Source: Salpingoeca rosetta
Taxonomy: Eukaryota > Protista > Choanoflagellata
Length of the DNA: 64,000 bases
Direction of reading: 5' to 3'
Assembly: GCA_033442325.1 (NCBI GenBank)
Contig: JAWQFM010000008.1
Coordinates: 1,658,287-1,722,286 of the forward strand
Positions 35,071-61,662 of this stretch are shown in pieces (position 1 is the stretch's first letter; each line of letters begins with the position of its first letter). The notes beneath the pieces are model-generated. The model was not told the origin of the DNA. It worked only from the letters and a program-made list of their open reading frames with translations, and made no database searches. A program made the position numbers and the translations under genes.

Positions 35071-35560
35071 GCTTTACATGTCCTCTCTCTCTCTCTCTTT
35101 TGTGTGGATGTGTGCGTGCATGTGTGTCATCTCTATCGTGCGTGACTGTGAAGGAATGCAACTCGTTTGCCACGTACGCATGTACATGCATGTATTTGCC
35201 TTGTCTCACTCGCCCTCCCCGCCCACACACCACCTGCTGCTCCTGCTATGTATGCGTGCGTGTGTGTACGTGCAGTGAACGCGTTTGCGCTGATTTCGAA
35301 GCGGACGAAACCAGAGCACCGCGAGTTCTCCATGTCCATCGCCAGCGTCGCAGACTCCTGCGGCATTGCCCTCGTACGTACATGTGTGTGTGTGTGTGTG
35401 TGGGGGGGGGGGGTGTGTCTTGAATCACGTCTATTTCCCCGTGCTAATGCATGCTGCTCGTGTGCTCACACGCCCTTCTCCCCTCATTTACCCACAACAC
35501 CAGGCCGGCGCGTGTTCTCTGGCCATCAATGCGTATCTGCGACACCACCAGCGCACGTGA
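32173..35560 (+). CDS. CLN3: Battenin (CLN3/BTN1) lysosomal membrane protein; exon 1 has an apparent frameshift
   Basis: [16 protein letters not shown]|[129 protein letters not shown]. Stop at 35558-35560. The start is uncertain. Confidence 0.93.
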
Positions 35561-35940
35561 CGCACACACTCACACACACACTCTCGCACTGCTGCAATGC
35601 AATACTCGCATCCCACCCTCTTGTCTTTCTCGTCTCCTGTGTTGGTGCCTCCTTCCTTGACTTGCTTGTTGATATGTAGTTACATTAACAGTAAACGCAC
35701 TCTTTTGACACACGTGTGGACGGAGGGGAGTGTGGTGGTGGTGGTGATGGTGGTGATGGTGATGGTGAGAGGGATCGTGGTGTGAATGGTGAACTGGCTG
35801 GAGCCACAAAACACACTGCATTTTGTGCTGTTGTGACCATTTTTCTGATTTGCGCTGCAAATCCACCACCCACGTGTTCGCAAGCACACCATAAGCATCA
35901 AGCAGCAGCAGCGTGGCAGGAGACAGACTGACAGCCAGCC

Positions 35941-44246
<8,306 letters not shown>

Positions 44247-45417
44247 TGCCAGTGTTGACGGTGGTGGTAATGGTGATGGTGGTGGTGGTAATGGTGGTGG
44301 TGGCGGCGACAGCGCGATTGCTTGGCGCTGTTGTGAGTGTTGTCTGTAGTCGTGTGCATGCTCAAGCATGTCGGTGAGGTGCGCTCAGGTGTGCTCGTTT
44401 TTCGTTCATGTGGTGCTTGTGTTCGTTTGCTCATGTGTGCCGTTGTATCGTAATTGACAACATCCAAACCAATGAACAACCCAACCCATCAGCGGGAGCC
44501 AGTGAAAGAACAGAAGCAGTGGTGGTTGTGTGTGTGTGTCACGTCGGGGTATCCGCGACAACGGTGGCTGTCATGCTTAGTTGCGTGTGTCGTGTGCACG
44601 TGTCCCTCTCATTTTCTCTGTGCTTCGTTGTTGTCTTCCACTCGTAAGAGGCAATGACTGTTAACCTTTGATTTCTTGCTAGAAGACAGCACAATATCAT
44701 GACGTGACAGGCCACCACCACCACCAAGCAGGAAGCAGCGGCAAGGAGCGCAAGAAAACACACACACACACACACACCACACATACACAAATGAAACAAG
44801 CATACACGCTTGCGTGCCAGTCACGGAACCACACAAAAGTGGCACGTGGTGACCTGGCACAGTATGCATGCCAAGGAAGGGAAAGCGCAATCATGCCGTG
44901 CTTGCAAGCAACAGTTGCACGCAAAGCAAGACAGCAGTTATGGGCAGGGGGGGGGAAAGCAGCAAAATTGGGGAGCACAAGCGCGGAAACCGATAAGGCT
45001 GAAAGCGCAAGAACAGGAGGGAAAGGGGGAGGGGGTAGAGGCGCGGAAGAAGTGGCACAAGAAGTGCCACCACCACCAGCATTTGCGACGGTTACAAACA
45101 AGCGAGGCATGGGAAAGGGAAGGGCGTCGAGTAGGAATAGGATACACACACACACGCGCGCGGAAGCACCACCATCGACGAGTGATACAGCGGGGAAAAC
45201 AACAAGGCCTCATCCAAAGAAGAAAGCGACAGAGCAACACACACACACATCATCATCATCGTCCTTCGATTATATGAAACTCCAGCCATCAAAACCGTGC
45301 ACAAACAGGATACATCACACAATACACGCACAGCCACAAACGCACACACTTGCCAGTGCACAAGGCACAGGCAATCGACATGCATACATACACACAGTGT
45401 CCGTCCCAAAGAGAACA

Positions 45418-47000
45418 TCACCAGTTGCCCGTAAACATAGGCTGGAAGCCTTCAAGCGACTGTGGTGGTTGACTCAACTGTACCACGTTAGCATACTGTC
45501 CTGGTGCCATGGTCACGGCAAAGGCGGGGGCGCCCTGAACCATCTGATGCTGCTGTTGGTGGTGGGGGTGCACCATCTGATGTTGCTGCTGCACCTGTTG
45601 CTGCTGGACGTGTTGTGTCTGCTGCTGCTGTGTGGGTGTCTGGAACGTGGACGTTGCATACTTCTTGTGTGAGGTCTTTGACTGCGAAGCAGCGCGCTTT
45701 GCTCGCTCGAGTGCACAGTTGTGCTTGGCCTTCTTGGGGAAGAACCCGCACTTGCCACACTTGTACTCGCCCCGCTTCGTTGCCGTTCCCTTTCGCGCTT
45801 TGCTGCGCGTGGGGCGTGCGGTTGTGTGCTCGCTGTGGCTGTTGGAGGTCGATGCCATGTGCTGCTGCTGCTGTTGCTGCTGCTGTGTGGGCTGCGGCGC
45901 GGGCACATGAAGCACTTGGCCTTCCTGCTGCACCGTATGCCCAGCCTGCGTTGCAGTAAACACGTGATGCTGCTGGTGGTGTGACTGCTGCTGCTGCTGC
46001 TGCGGCTGCTGCATGACTTGAGATTGTGGGACAAACGCCTGTCCGTTCACCACCATGCTGTGTGGCACCATCATCACAGCTGTTGTGGCCGCTGTAGACG
46101 TCGGAGCGGCAGTCGTCTGGGATGTGTCTTGCACCACCTGCACGTCAGCGGTGGCGGACCTGCCCAGCGGCGATGAGGTGGCAAACCCGTTGACAGAGGT
46201 GTCGTGGTCGCCCTGGGACATGGCGGAGGACGAGCTCATGTCGAGCGCAGATGTGTCGCTCACGGTGCTGTCGTCCAGCAGGCGACGCTTCGAGTGCTGC
46301 ACGCAATGAAACAAAGCACAAGAGAAACGAACACGCAACTTCCGTGAGTGACACAATAAGAGCGAGAGAGAGTGTGTGTGTGTGTGTGGGTGTGCGTGCG
46401 CGCGTGTGTGCGTCTCAACCGTCGTGTTACATACATACATGCATGCACGCATCGTGCACGCGAGTTCAAGCAAGAGCAAAGGCATGCCCCACCTTCTTTT
46501 TGGCACCGCTGCCTCTGAGAATGTCTGCAGTGTGGCAGGCGTATGCGTTGCCAGGGCTTGACATCATGGCAAAGGGGCTGTTGACAGGGAATGGCTTGAG
46601 CGACGGGGACTTGAACTTGGGTGTCGCTGTGGTTGGGAAGGCAGTCAGGCCACCTTCAAGCGTAAACTGGCCAGGGCGTGGCGGAGAGAGCACATACTGG
46701 CCTGAGGGAGACATAATCATGGACGAGTCCAGCTGCGCAGCATCATGTGTTCATACCGAGAATGCAAGTGAGCAATCGTTAGCACAAAGCAACAGCACGG
46801 CACAAGCAAGCGAAAAGGAATGGAAAATAGCGCGTTGAGGGATGGGGAAGAGGGGGGGGGGGGTTGATGCATACATCAAGGAGGGTGGGTTGGCGGGGAG
46901 AGCATGCAACATAAAATACCACAACGACGACAACAACAATAAGAACCACGACGACGACGACGACAACAACAACAGCAACAACAACAGCAACAGCAACAGC

Positions 47001-47050
<50 letters not shown>

Positions 47051-47565
47051 GATGGCAGGAGCGCACGGGGGTACCAGCACGATCAACGCACCACCATGCT
47101 TTCCATGCCGCTGATGTCGGCATCAAGGCCAGAGAGGAGCGTGGAGGCCGTCGCGGTAAACTCCGACTGGAAGAGTGGATCGTTGGGGTTGAAGCGGGTG
47201 AACTGCCGCGGGGGCGTGAAGAGCATATGGCGGCCAGGCTTTGGGGTACGGCCAGGTGTGTTGCCGCTTCGCAACATGGAGTCTGCGACGCGCCTGTTGA
47301 GGATGAAAAGAACATGCACAGGATGATACCAAGCAAGCAGGTGTTGCGCGGGCGATGTGGTGTGAGGGAAGGATATGTGTGGACGGAAGGGAAGGCATGA
47401 GGATAGGTTGAGTGTGTTCTCAAGACATACTGGCACGACGATGGGCAAACAAGACGAGATACAGGCTGATGGATTGACAGGCGTGGACAAGAAGAGAACA
47501 CAACATGCGGTCAAGGAAGCGGCAATTGGTGGTGACACTTACGATGGAGAAAGCGGGTCTGACAT
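45418..47565 (-). CDS. Uncharacterised disordered protein with clustered CDK sites, a KRRL motif, Q-rich tracts and a C-x2-C-x8-H-x-C zinc knuckle
   Basis: gccaccATG at 47565 (MSDPLSPS|gtaagt). Phase-compatible exons at ~47293-47095, ~46732-46493 and ~46296-45418. Contains KRGEYKCGKCGFFPKKAKHNC. Confidence 0.75.
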
Positions 47566-48242
47566 GGTGGCTGCTGATGTGTTGGTCGAAACTCGTGAGG
47601 AGGAAGAAGGAGAAGAAGAAGAAGTGGTGTGGGGGTGAGGAGGGATTGTTGAGGAGAAGAAGAGACGATCAAAGACTTGCAGTCGTTGGTTTGTTGATGT
47701 GGATGTTCAAGTGAGAGAGACGGAGGGTGAAGTTGCTCTGTGGCTGTGATCGACACCGTCCGAGGTGTGCTTGTTGTGGTTGTTGTTGTTGTGGGTTGTG
47801 GGCTGTTGTTGTTCTCGCTCTTGCTTGTTGATGCTAATGGGTGAAGTGACTGGTGTCTTGGGTGGCGGTGGGTGCGCTTGCTTGCTTGTCTTGGTTGCTG
47901 TTGGGGATTTCCGTTGGAAAGTCTGGGTGGACTGCACGCGCGGTTTGCTTTGTCGAATGCTCAAGGGGCGCAAGCTGGGAAGTGAAGGAGTGCGAAGCGA
48001 AGAACAACGCAACCGAACGGAGCAGACAGAGGTGGGGGGCACACAAGAGGACGGCGGGGCTGTTGTTGTGTCTGACTGCCTGCTTGCTTGCTTTCGTGCA
48101 AGCACGCGAGCGAGCGAGAGGGGGGAGAGAGAGGCTGAGCTGACTGATGAGTGCGTGCGCTTGTGTGTGCGGTGATTGTGCGGAAGGACGGAGAGTGGGG
48201 AAAGTGCTTTTGTGCAACCGCACAAGCGACCAGCAGAGCGTG

Positions 48243-48451
48243 TAACGGTGGTTTCGGTTGCAACGGTTGTTCAAACTTCCCGCGGGCAACGGCGTCATGT
48301 TTTCCGCGTCGAAAACACCGTTTTCCGATCTTTCCAACGAATTTGCTGGCGTCAGCAAAATATCAAATCAGGTTGATCCTGCTTTTGGATGTATCTGCGA
48401 CACACGACATATAAAAATATTCAAGAACAGCAACATCACAAAGGCGCCAAA
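48243..48451. promoter_or_regulatory. Putative cell-cycle promoter module: CDE/CHR-like element, MYB/MSA-type AACGG sites and an E2F site in a divergent intergenic region
   Basis: The minus strand at 48285-48270 reads CCGCGG-GAAG-TTTGAA. AACGG cores occur at 48243, 48261, 48287 and (reverse) 48318. TTTGGCGC is on the minus strand at 48451-48444. Confidence 0.5.
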
Positions 48452-48501
48452 GCAGAGAGACGAAGGACGAAACGAGAGCGAACAGACACAACACACACAC
48501 A

Positions 48502-48535
<34 letters not shown>

Positions 48536-48673
48536 GCAAGAGGAACACGAACGCGCGCGCAAGGCACCGCAGAGGAAGCAACAGCAGCAGGAGGAGCAGC
48601 AGGAAGGACGTTGGAGGAGGAGGAGAGACTTTGAACCGAAACGCACAGGCCACGAATCACAGCAGGAGGCAGC

Positions 48674-54590
<5,917 letters not shown>

Positions 54591-54645
54591 AAGCGGGGGT
54601 GTGACAGGCGAGTCCTCTTCATTGCACCACTGTGCTACTCCCCGG

Positions 54646-54716
<71 letters not shown>

Positions 54717-55100
54717 ATTGTACATGCTCCTGTTCTTTTTGTTAGGCGTTGTTCTCATAAACGATGGTCTGTCTATTGAAGCAGCCCCAACCTACACATT
54801 CGCAACACCCTCACCCACATTCACAGATATTCACGTCATGTCACACCCTCGTCGCACAGTTAAAACAAAGACAAGCGCAATGGGCACACGTGTGTGCTTC
54901 GCAGCAGCTGAAGAGGGAGAGGAGGAGGAGGAGGAGGCAAAAACATGCAAGCGGAAGGAAGGGGGGGGGGGAAACAGGAAAGGTGCAGAAGCGAATAGAG
55001 AAAACGAAGCAAACAAGCGATAGGACAAAGAGAAATGCCACGACGCAAACGACACAGCGTCAAAGAACACAAGACAAAACGACAACGTAAGCAAATAGCG

Positions 55101-55133
<33 letters not shown>

Positions 55134-55324
55134 GAAGGCAAGACAGCCTGGCTCCTGGCGTACAAGGAAGGTGTTGCACCCGGCCAAGCGTTCAAGCACA
55201 ATTCAATCATCAGCACGCAGCTACGAGCAGCATCGTGGGTGCAACCACCACTGCTGCCCAAACACGTCACTGACCTGGCCGTGTTGTTGGATTTCTTCCA
55301 CCGCTGCACCACTCGGCACTACCA

Positions 55325-58255
55325 TCACCTCGGCATGTGCGCGCCAGCGTGCGTGTGTCCAACGGCAGAGCGCCCAGCCTCCTTTGGAAGCGAAAGCGGC
55401 GAAAACACCAGTCCGTGCAACGGCTGTTGTTGCTGCTGCTGCTGCTGGTATTGCTGCTGTTGTTGTTGTTGCTGCTGGTGCTGGTATTGCTGCTGGTAGC
55501 TGTACTCACTCGTCTGCTGGACATGAATGCGCTCCTGCGTGTACTGGCACTGCTTTGTCGTGCTCGCTAGCGCGTGTGTCAGCGATGATGAAGACGATGA
55601 CGGCGGCACGTCGCGCCCAGTGACGACGCGTTTCTGCTGCTCGTGGTACTGCACATTCAACGTGTCAATGGCGGTGACTGATGATGATGCTGGCGCTGCT
55701 GCAAGTGTCTTGGCTGATGGTGGTGGCGTGTGTCTGTAAAGCCTCTCCTGGCTCTTGGGCGAGTACCCAAGTGCCATCTGGATGTGTTCCGTGATGGGAT
55801 ATGGCGCAAGCCCCTCTCGCCGCGACGGGCCTTTGTAATACATGCGCTGCTCCGACGATCCGCCCTGGTGCTGATGCTGCTGGTCGTTGTGGTGATGGTG
55901 ATGGTGCTCTTGCTGGTGCTGCTGTTTGTGGTTGTTGGTGTGCGCGGAGGATGCGTGCGTGTATGCGGGCGTGCCTGTGTTGGAGACGGTGTCGCCTGCA
56001 AACCCTGGCGAGCTGAACTGCGGCGACTGATCTGCGTTAGACACATAAACGCGGGAGCGGTACTGTCGCGATGACGCGGACGAGCGGGACATGGTGGATG
56101 GGGCTGCGTTGCTCATGACGCTGCGGACAGACGCTGTCGTGGCGGACGAGGCAGAAGAGGCCGTGCACGGTGTGCGCACGACAGCATGCGGCGGGGTGAA
56201 CACCGATGCCATCGAGGTGTCGGTGGGCTGCGTGTCAAAGGCGGCCGACAGCGGAATCACGCCAGCACACTCCTCTGGTACTGAACTGCAGATGGAAACA
56301 CCAGGCACGTCCCTGCACCGCTGCTGCTGCTGGTACTGAGCTGGTGCGTCTTGCGTGCGCTGTGCGTGAGCGTCGGTAGCATGAGACTGGTGTGTGTGCA
56401 CTTGTGGTGCGTGGGTGGCGTAAGTCTGCTGCTGCTGCTGCTGCTGTTGAGTTGCAGCGTCGTTGAACGAGAATTGGGGCAACGACGACTGCTGCTGCTG
56501 TTGATACTGTTGTTGATGTCGGTGCTGTGCTGAGGACACTGCCACCGCGGCTGTTGCTTGCGCCTGGCCCGTCCCTGCCGGTGCCACCGACGCCATTGAG
56601 GTGGAGGCGGTGTTCGTCGACAACGGCGAAGCGTTGTGCGGTGTGACGAGCGCCGACTGTGGGAAGCGGAAGGGCAGGCGCGTCTGTGGCGTGTCAGCGG
56701 CAAACGAGGGCTGCCTGCCGAGTGCACGCGAGCGGGCGCGACTACCGGTGGTCGACGTCCGCTTGGGTTTCTTCGGGCCACGCGTAGGGCTCCCTTTCCC
56801 CTGCAGGGTGGAGTCATTCGTGTTGGGGAGTGACATTAGTGAGGGAGTTGTGTGAATGCGCGTGCGTATGGGTGTGAATGTGCGTGCGTGCTTGTGCGCG
56901 CGCATGTGTGTGAATGTGCGTGCGCGCGCGTGTGTGAATGAGGGGTATTCGTGTACCTCAGGCGAGTCTGGATGGAACAGGCTCTGTTTCTGGTTTCGTC
57001 TGTTCGTCTCTGTTCGGGTGCGAATCTTCACTTTGGACACTGAAAGACAGGCGGTCGTGATGTGGTGCAGCAGTGGTGGAATGCGGCACAGTGAGCGGGC
57101 AGATGTACCGCGCAACATAACCGATAGCGTCATCATCAACAGTCACCTGTTCGAGAAACAATGCAGACTCGCACAACCAATGCCCTTCAGACAGAAAGAC
57201 AAATACACACAAACACAGGGCACCATGCACACACACGCACACATACACACCTGAGGCTGCCTGCAGGGACGAGAGGTCGATGCTTGACCAGCGAAACACG
57301 GCGCGTTTGTTGTCGTGGCGTGACGGAGGTTCACTGACTTTCGCAATCAGGTTCAGGCTCATCAAGATGTTGCTGATGTCATACAGGCGGCGGATTTTCG
57401 CTGTTGGAATAGGAATGCGTGCACACGCGCGCGTGTGTACAACAATGGGCGAATGAATGGGCGAATGAATGATTCAATAAATAAATCAAGCAAGCAAGCA
57501 AGCGAGCAATCAATCAATGTGTTTATGAATTAATGAGCGATGTGAACGAATCAATGCATGCAAACTCAGCAACAACAGGCAAACGAGCACAAGCATCGCC
57601 ACCACCACCACCACCAACAGCACTGAACGCACTCTTGCTTCGCTTCTCCTCGGGGCAGCCTGGCCCAAAGATGAGTTTGTCTGCTGCCTCGTCCATGCTC
57701 ACCATACCGTCCTGAGCACGAGAAGAGAGATAAGTGAAGAGAGACAAGAGCAGTGTTGATGAACGACAAGCTGAGACAAGAGACCAGGCGACAGTCCAGA
57801 AACACTGGAAGTATGCTGCAAGCTGATGCTTGCAAGAGAGAAGCAAACAGGCGCGACGACAAGAGGGCACGGTTACATTGGCGTGGGCGTACCGGTGCTC
57901 GCATGAAGAGCATGATGAACCGCTGTGCAAGAACACCCAGCGAACGCTCTTTCTTCGTCGCCTCGCTCTCTGCACACACAGACACCCACGTGTGCAAAAC
58001 ATGGCGTGCTGTGAGATGGGAAGAGGGCAACACGACATATGCACAGACACGGCAGTGGCTGCATTGGTTGTTTGCATTGCATGTGTATGTGCACGTGGGT
58101 GCGTGTAGAAGCAACACCACACACCTTGAAGCGGAGACTGTTGGACATATGATTGTGTGTGATTGATGACGCAGCGAGGCATCATGATGAGGGAGAACAG
58201 CACAATTGAGACGATGTTGTTATGCGCACATGTGATGGTATCGGGCAGACAACAA

Positions 58256-58287
<32 letters not shown>

Positions 58288-58309
58288 GCAACAGCAACAA
58301 CAACAACAA

Positions 58310-58374
<65 letters not shown>

Positions 58375-59650
58375 GGTGGGGTGTTTCACCTGCTGTGGAG
58401 CGTCAAGCGTGTGAGATGGGCGAGTGGGGCTGTCGAGGTGGGTGATGGACAGCGCCTGTGGACAAAAGAGGCAGCGCAGCGCACGTTGAAAAGCGTGTGA
58501 GCTGAAGGGAAAGGCCGCACATACAACAACCAGAACAAGAACAGCAACCATAACAGCAACAATGAAATTAAACGAACAGCAAAGAGTCAGACGACACCGC
58601 GTGCTGACTGCTTTGCACGCGCACAGCCGAGACCTCATCACCGCACCTTGAGCTTTGCGAGCGTCCCGTTGATGTTGTCAAATCCTTTCCAAATGTATGT
58701 GTTCTTGCCCTTGCGCGTGACAAGTTCCAGCCCTTCAAACACATTCACCACGTCATAGATGCGACGCCGACCAACACCTAAACAGAAAGGAAGAGGAGGA
58801 GGAGGAGAGAGAGAGAGCGTATGGTTGCGTATGTGTTTGTGTATTTGTGTTGGGTGAATGTTGCAATGTATGTTCTGCTGCTGCTGCTTCTTCTTCTTCT
58901 TCTTCTTCTTCTTCTTCTTCTTTCTTCTTCTTCTTCTTCTTCTTCTTCATCATCATCATCACCACGTGTGATGTTGCAACGACCAAGAGAGGACGAGGGC
59001 ATACCGAGTTGTCGTGCCACGGTGTCCAGGGCAATCTCAGCGCCAATGTCGCCTTTGCAAATGTCGCAGAACCTGGCAGCACGCCCACGTGAGTTGGCAC
59101 AATTAGGCACACACAGACACACACGCGCGTGCGCAGACACTCTCGCGCACACGAGCACACAACAACAAACGCACAACAACACACAGACACCATCACACAC
59201 GCGCATATGCACACGGACGGCACTCACTGCGTGGTGATGCTCATGAGGGTATTCCCCTTGCGCCCGCTGCCCTGCTGACAATCGCCAGTTGTTGGCGAAT
59301 CATCTGTCTGAGGCGATGAAGACGACTGAAGGTTTGGTTTTGCGCGCGCAGGCGACGCCTGCAGCTCTTGCGCTGCCACCGCCGTCAGCGTGCGCAGTGC
59401 CTGAAAGGCCAAAACAAAGGGCTGGTCAGTGGCGCAAGTGATTGTGCACTGCAGCAGAAACAACAACAGCCGTTGTAGCAATCAACACGCACAATTTGCG
59501 CGCGTGTTGTCCCTCACCGCATCACCCCCACACTATCTCAATCGCTCAGGTGCACGCCCACACACACGCCCACACACACACCTACTCACCCACACACACA
59601 CACACACACATGCACACATACACATACACACACACACACATGCACCTACC

Positions 59651-59681
<31 letters not shown>

Positions 59682-60194
59682 CCACACCCACAGCTCCAAC
59701 CTGCGCGCTCTTTTGTCGCTGTAGCGACTGCGTCTGGCGATCCTCCCTTGGGGGGCTGGCCAGCTGCGATAGGAGCTTGAGGTTGGCAAAGGGGCTGGCG
59801 TTGACGGCAGCGCCGCTTTCCGTCGTGCTCCGCGCATTGCGTGGCGGTGTACACGGAATGCCCGCAGGTGACGAAGAGCACGCAGCTTGACTCATCTCGG
59901 GAGGCAATAGAGGGAGTGAACACTGCTGCTGCTGCTGCTGCTGCAAAAACAAAGGCACAGGAGCACGCGTGCGTGCATGTGAGTGTGTGAGTGTGTGTGT
60001 GCGTGTGTGTGTGAGTTTCGTGGCAAATGGACAAGAGCTGCCCACTGCCAGTAGCATTGCTGGAGCGTGTGTTGTGTTGTCACACCACCGCGTGTCGATT
60101 GATGAGCACAGGAGCAAACGCGTGCGTGGCGTTGCGTGGCAGCGCTCACCTCGTGCTGCTGCTGCTGCGGATGATGGTGGTGGTTGTGTGACAT
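55325..60194 (-). CDS. E2F7/8: Atypical E2F transcription factor (E2F7/8, DEL type) with two DNA-binding domains
   Basis: N-terminal SPFANLKLLSQLASP (compare E2F7/8 TPTANLKMLISAASP). DBD1: [42 protein letters not shown]. DBD2: KKERSLGVLAQRFIMLF..VSMDEAADKLI..KTKIRRLYDISNILMSLNLIAKV..FRW. gccATG at 60194; stop at 55325-55327. Confidence 0.95.
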
Positions 60195-60298
60195 GGCGAT
60201 GGCGACGGCAATGGGGACGGGTTCAACAACGTGGAGGTGGCACTACTTGATCCTGCTGCGTTGTTGCTGCGTGCACATGCAATGCCAGGGGCATGGGG

Positions 60299-60896
60299 GC
60301 GCCAAAACAGCACAGGGCAAATACCGGATCGACAAGAGGGAGAAGGGTGTGTAGCGTCGGGTGAGTGGGAAAGAGGGATGACACAACACGCGTTTCTACT
60401 TCAGCACAGGGACTGAGGGTGAAAGTTGAAGAGGTGCATCGGCACAGAATGGCGATACACAACAAGACGCAGGAAAGATGGCGCGCCGTGACTGCCATGA
60501 TCCCCCAGCAGCCACAAATTATAACGGTCAAATGTGGCGGCATTCAGCACAGAAAAGCCGTGCGACCGCTGATGGTGATGATGAACAGGAGCTCGACACA
60601 GCTGGCCATACCAAGCGGGCGAAGGGATGGAGTCGTGGGCCTCTTGCTCGCTCGAACCCACGGTTGAATGTCGAGCAGACACACACCAGCCAGTGCAGCC
60701 AGCCAAACCAAAGGAGCGCAAACGGCAATGGCAAGCAAGCGGGGAAGGAGGGGACAGTCAGGTGAACACGGTAAGTCGAGCAAGCTGGCTGCCCGGCGCG
60801 CCTTTGTTGTGTGTGTGTGTGTTGTGTGTGATGTGACAGTTGTGCGCCAAACCGCCTTTCGAGCGGTGCGCGGCAGAAGACTTGCGTTTGCAACGG
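60299..60896 (-). promoter_or_regulatory. Candidate E2F sites (TTTGGCGC at 60306-60299 and 60851-60844) and a CAACGG site upstream of E2F7/8
   Basis: Exact matches to TTTSSCGC. The motifs are short, so chance occurrence is not excluded. Confidence 0.35.
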
Positions 60897-61150
60897 CGCG
60901 CCGGCAACTTTTGCGTGCTTGCGCCCACTCAAATTATTTTGTCAGTAAATGAGAAGTTCGACCTTACATTCTTCTGTGATGTTTTCTAAAGCTTTTCGCT
61001 AATCGCTGTTGATTCTCATTGTCGAACATCAGCACTGCCGCATTACTGGATTTCTTTCGTCATTTTTCTCCGCCCTCAGGCTTTTGCCTTGTTGTCGCTC
61101 TCTCCAACACAAACGGACCACACTTTCCCAACACACCAAACCCACCAACC

Positions 61151-61629
61151 ATGGTGAGCGGCGATATGAGAAGGAGAGAGACGGAGAGAGAACAAGTGTG
61201 CGTGTGTGTGTGTGTGTGTGTGTGTTGTTGCCTTGTAAGTTTTTCACGATGTACACACCACTCACGTACCACTGCGTGTGTGTGTGTGCGTGTGTGGCAG
61301 ATTCGCTTCTTCTTGATTCAAAATCGGGCGGGCAAAACCCGTCTGGCAAAATGGTGCGTGCTTGATGTATGCTCTTGTGCCAGTGGTGGTTGTTTTGGTT
61401 GTTTGGTTTGCGGGTAGTGTGCCTGTTCTCTGGTGCTGCTGCCCTTGCTCACCTTTTCCACTCACCTTTTTTGGTCTCAGGTACATGCCTTTTGAGGACG
61501 ATGAGAAGCAGAAGTTGATTGAGGAGGTGCACGCTCTTGTCTCCGTTCGTGGCTCCCAACACACAAACTTTGTCGAGGTGCGGTTGCGTGCGTCATGTGT
61601 GTGTGCGTGTGTGCGTGTGTGTGTGTGTG

Positions 61630-61662
<33 letters not shown>

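Noticed and set aside
56958-57146. Apparent exon VTVDDDAIGYVARY.. in E2F7/8
   Set aside because: Phase-incompatible with the upstream donor (immediate stop). The acceptor at ~57040 gives a continuous frame.
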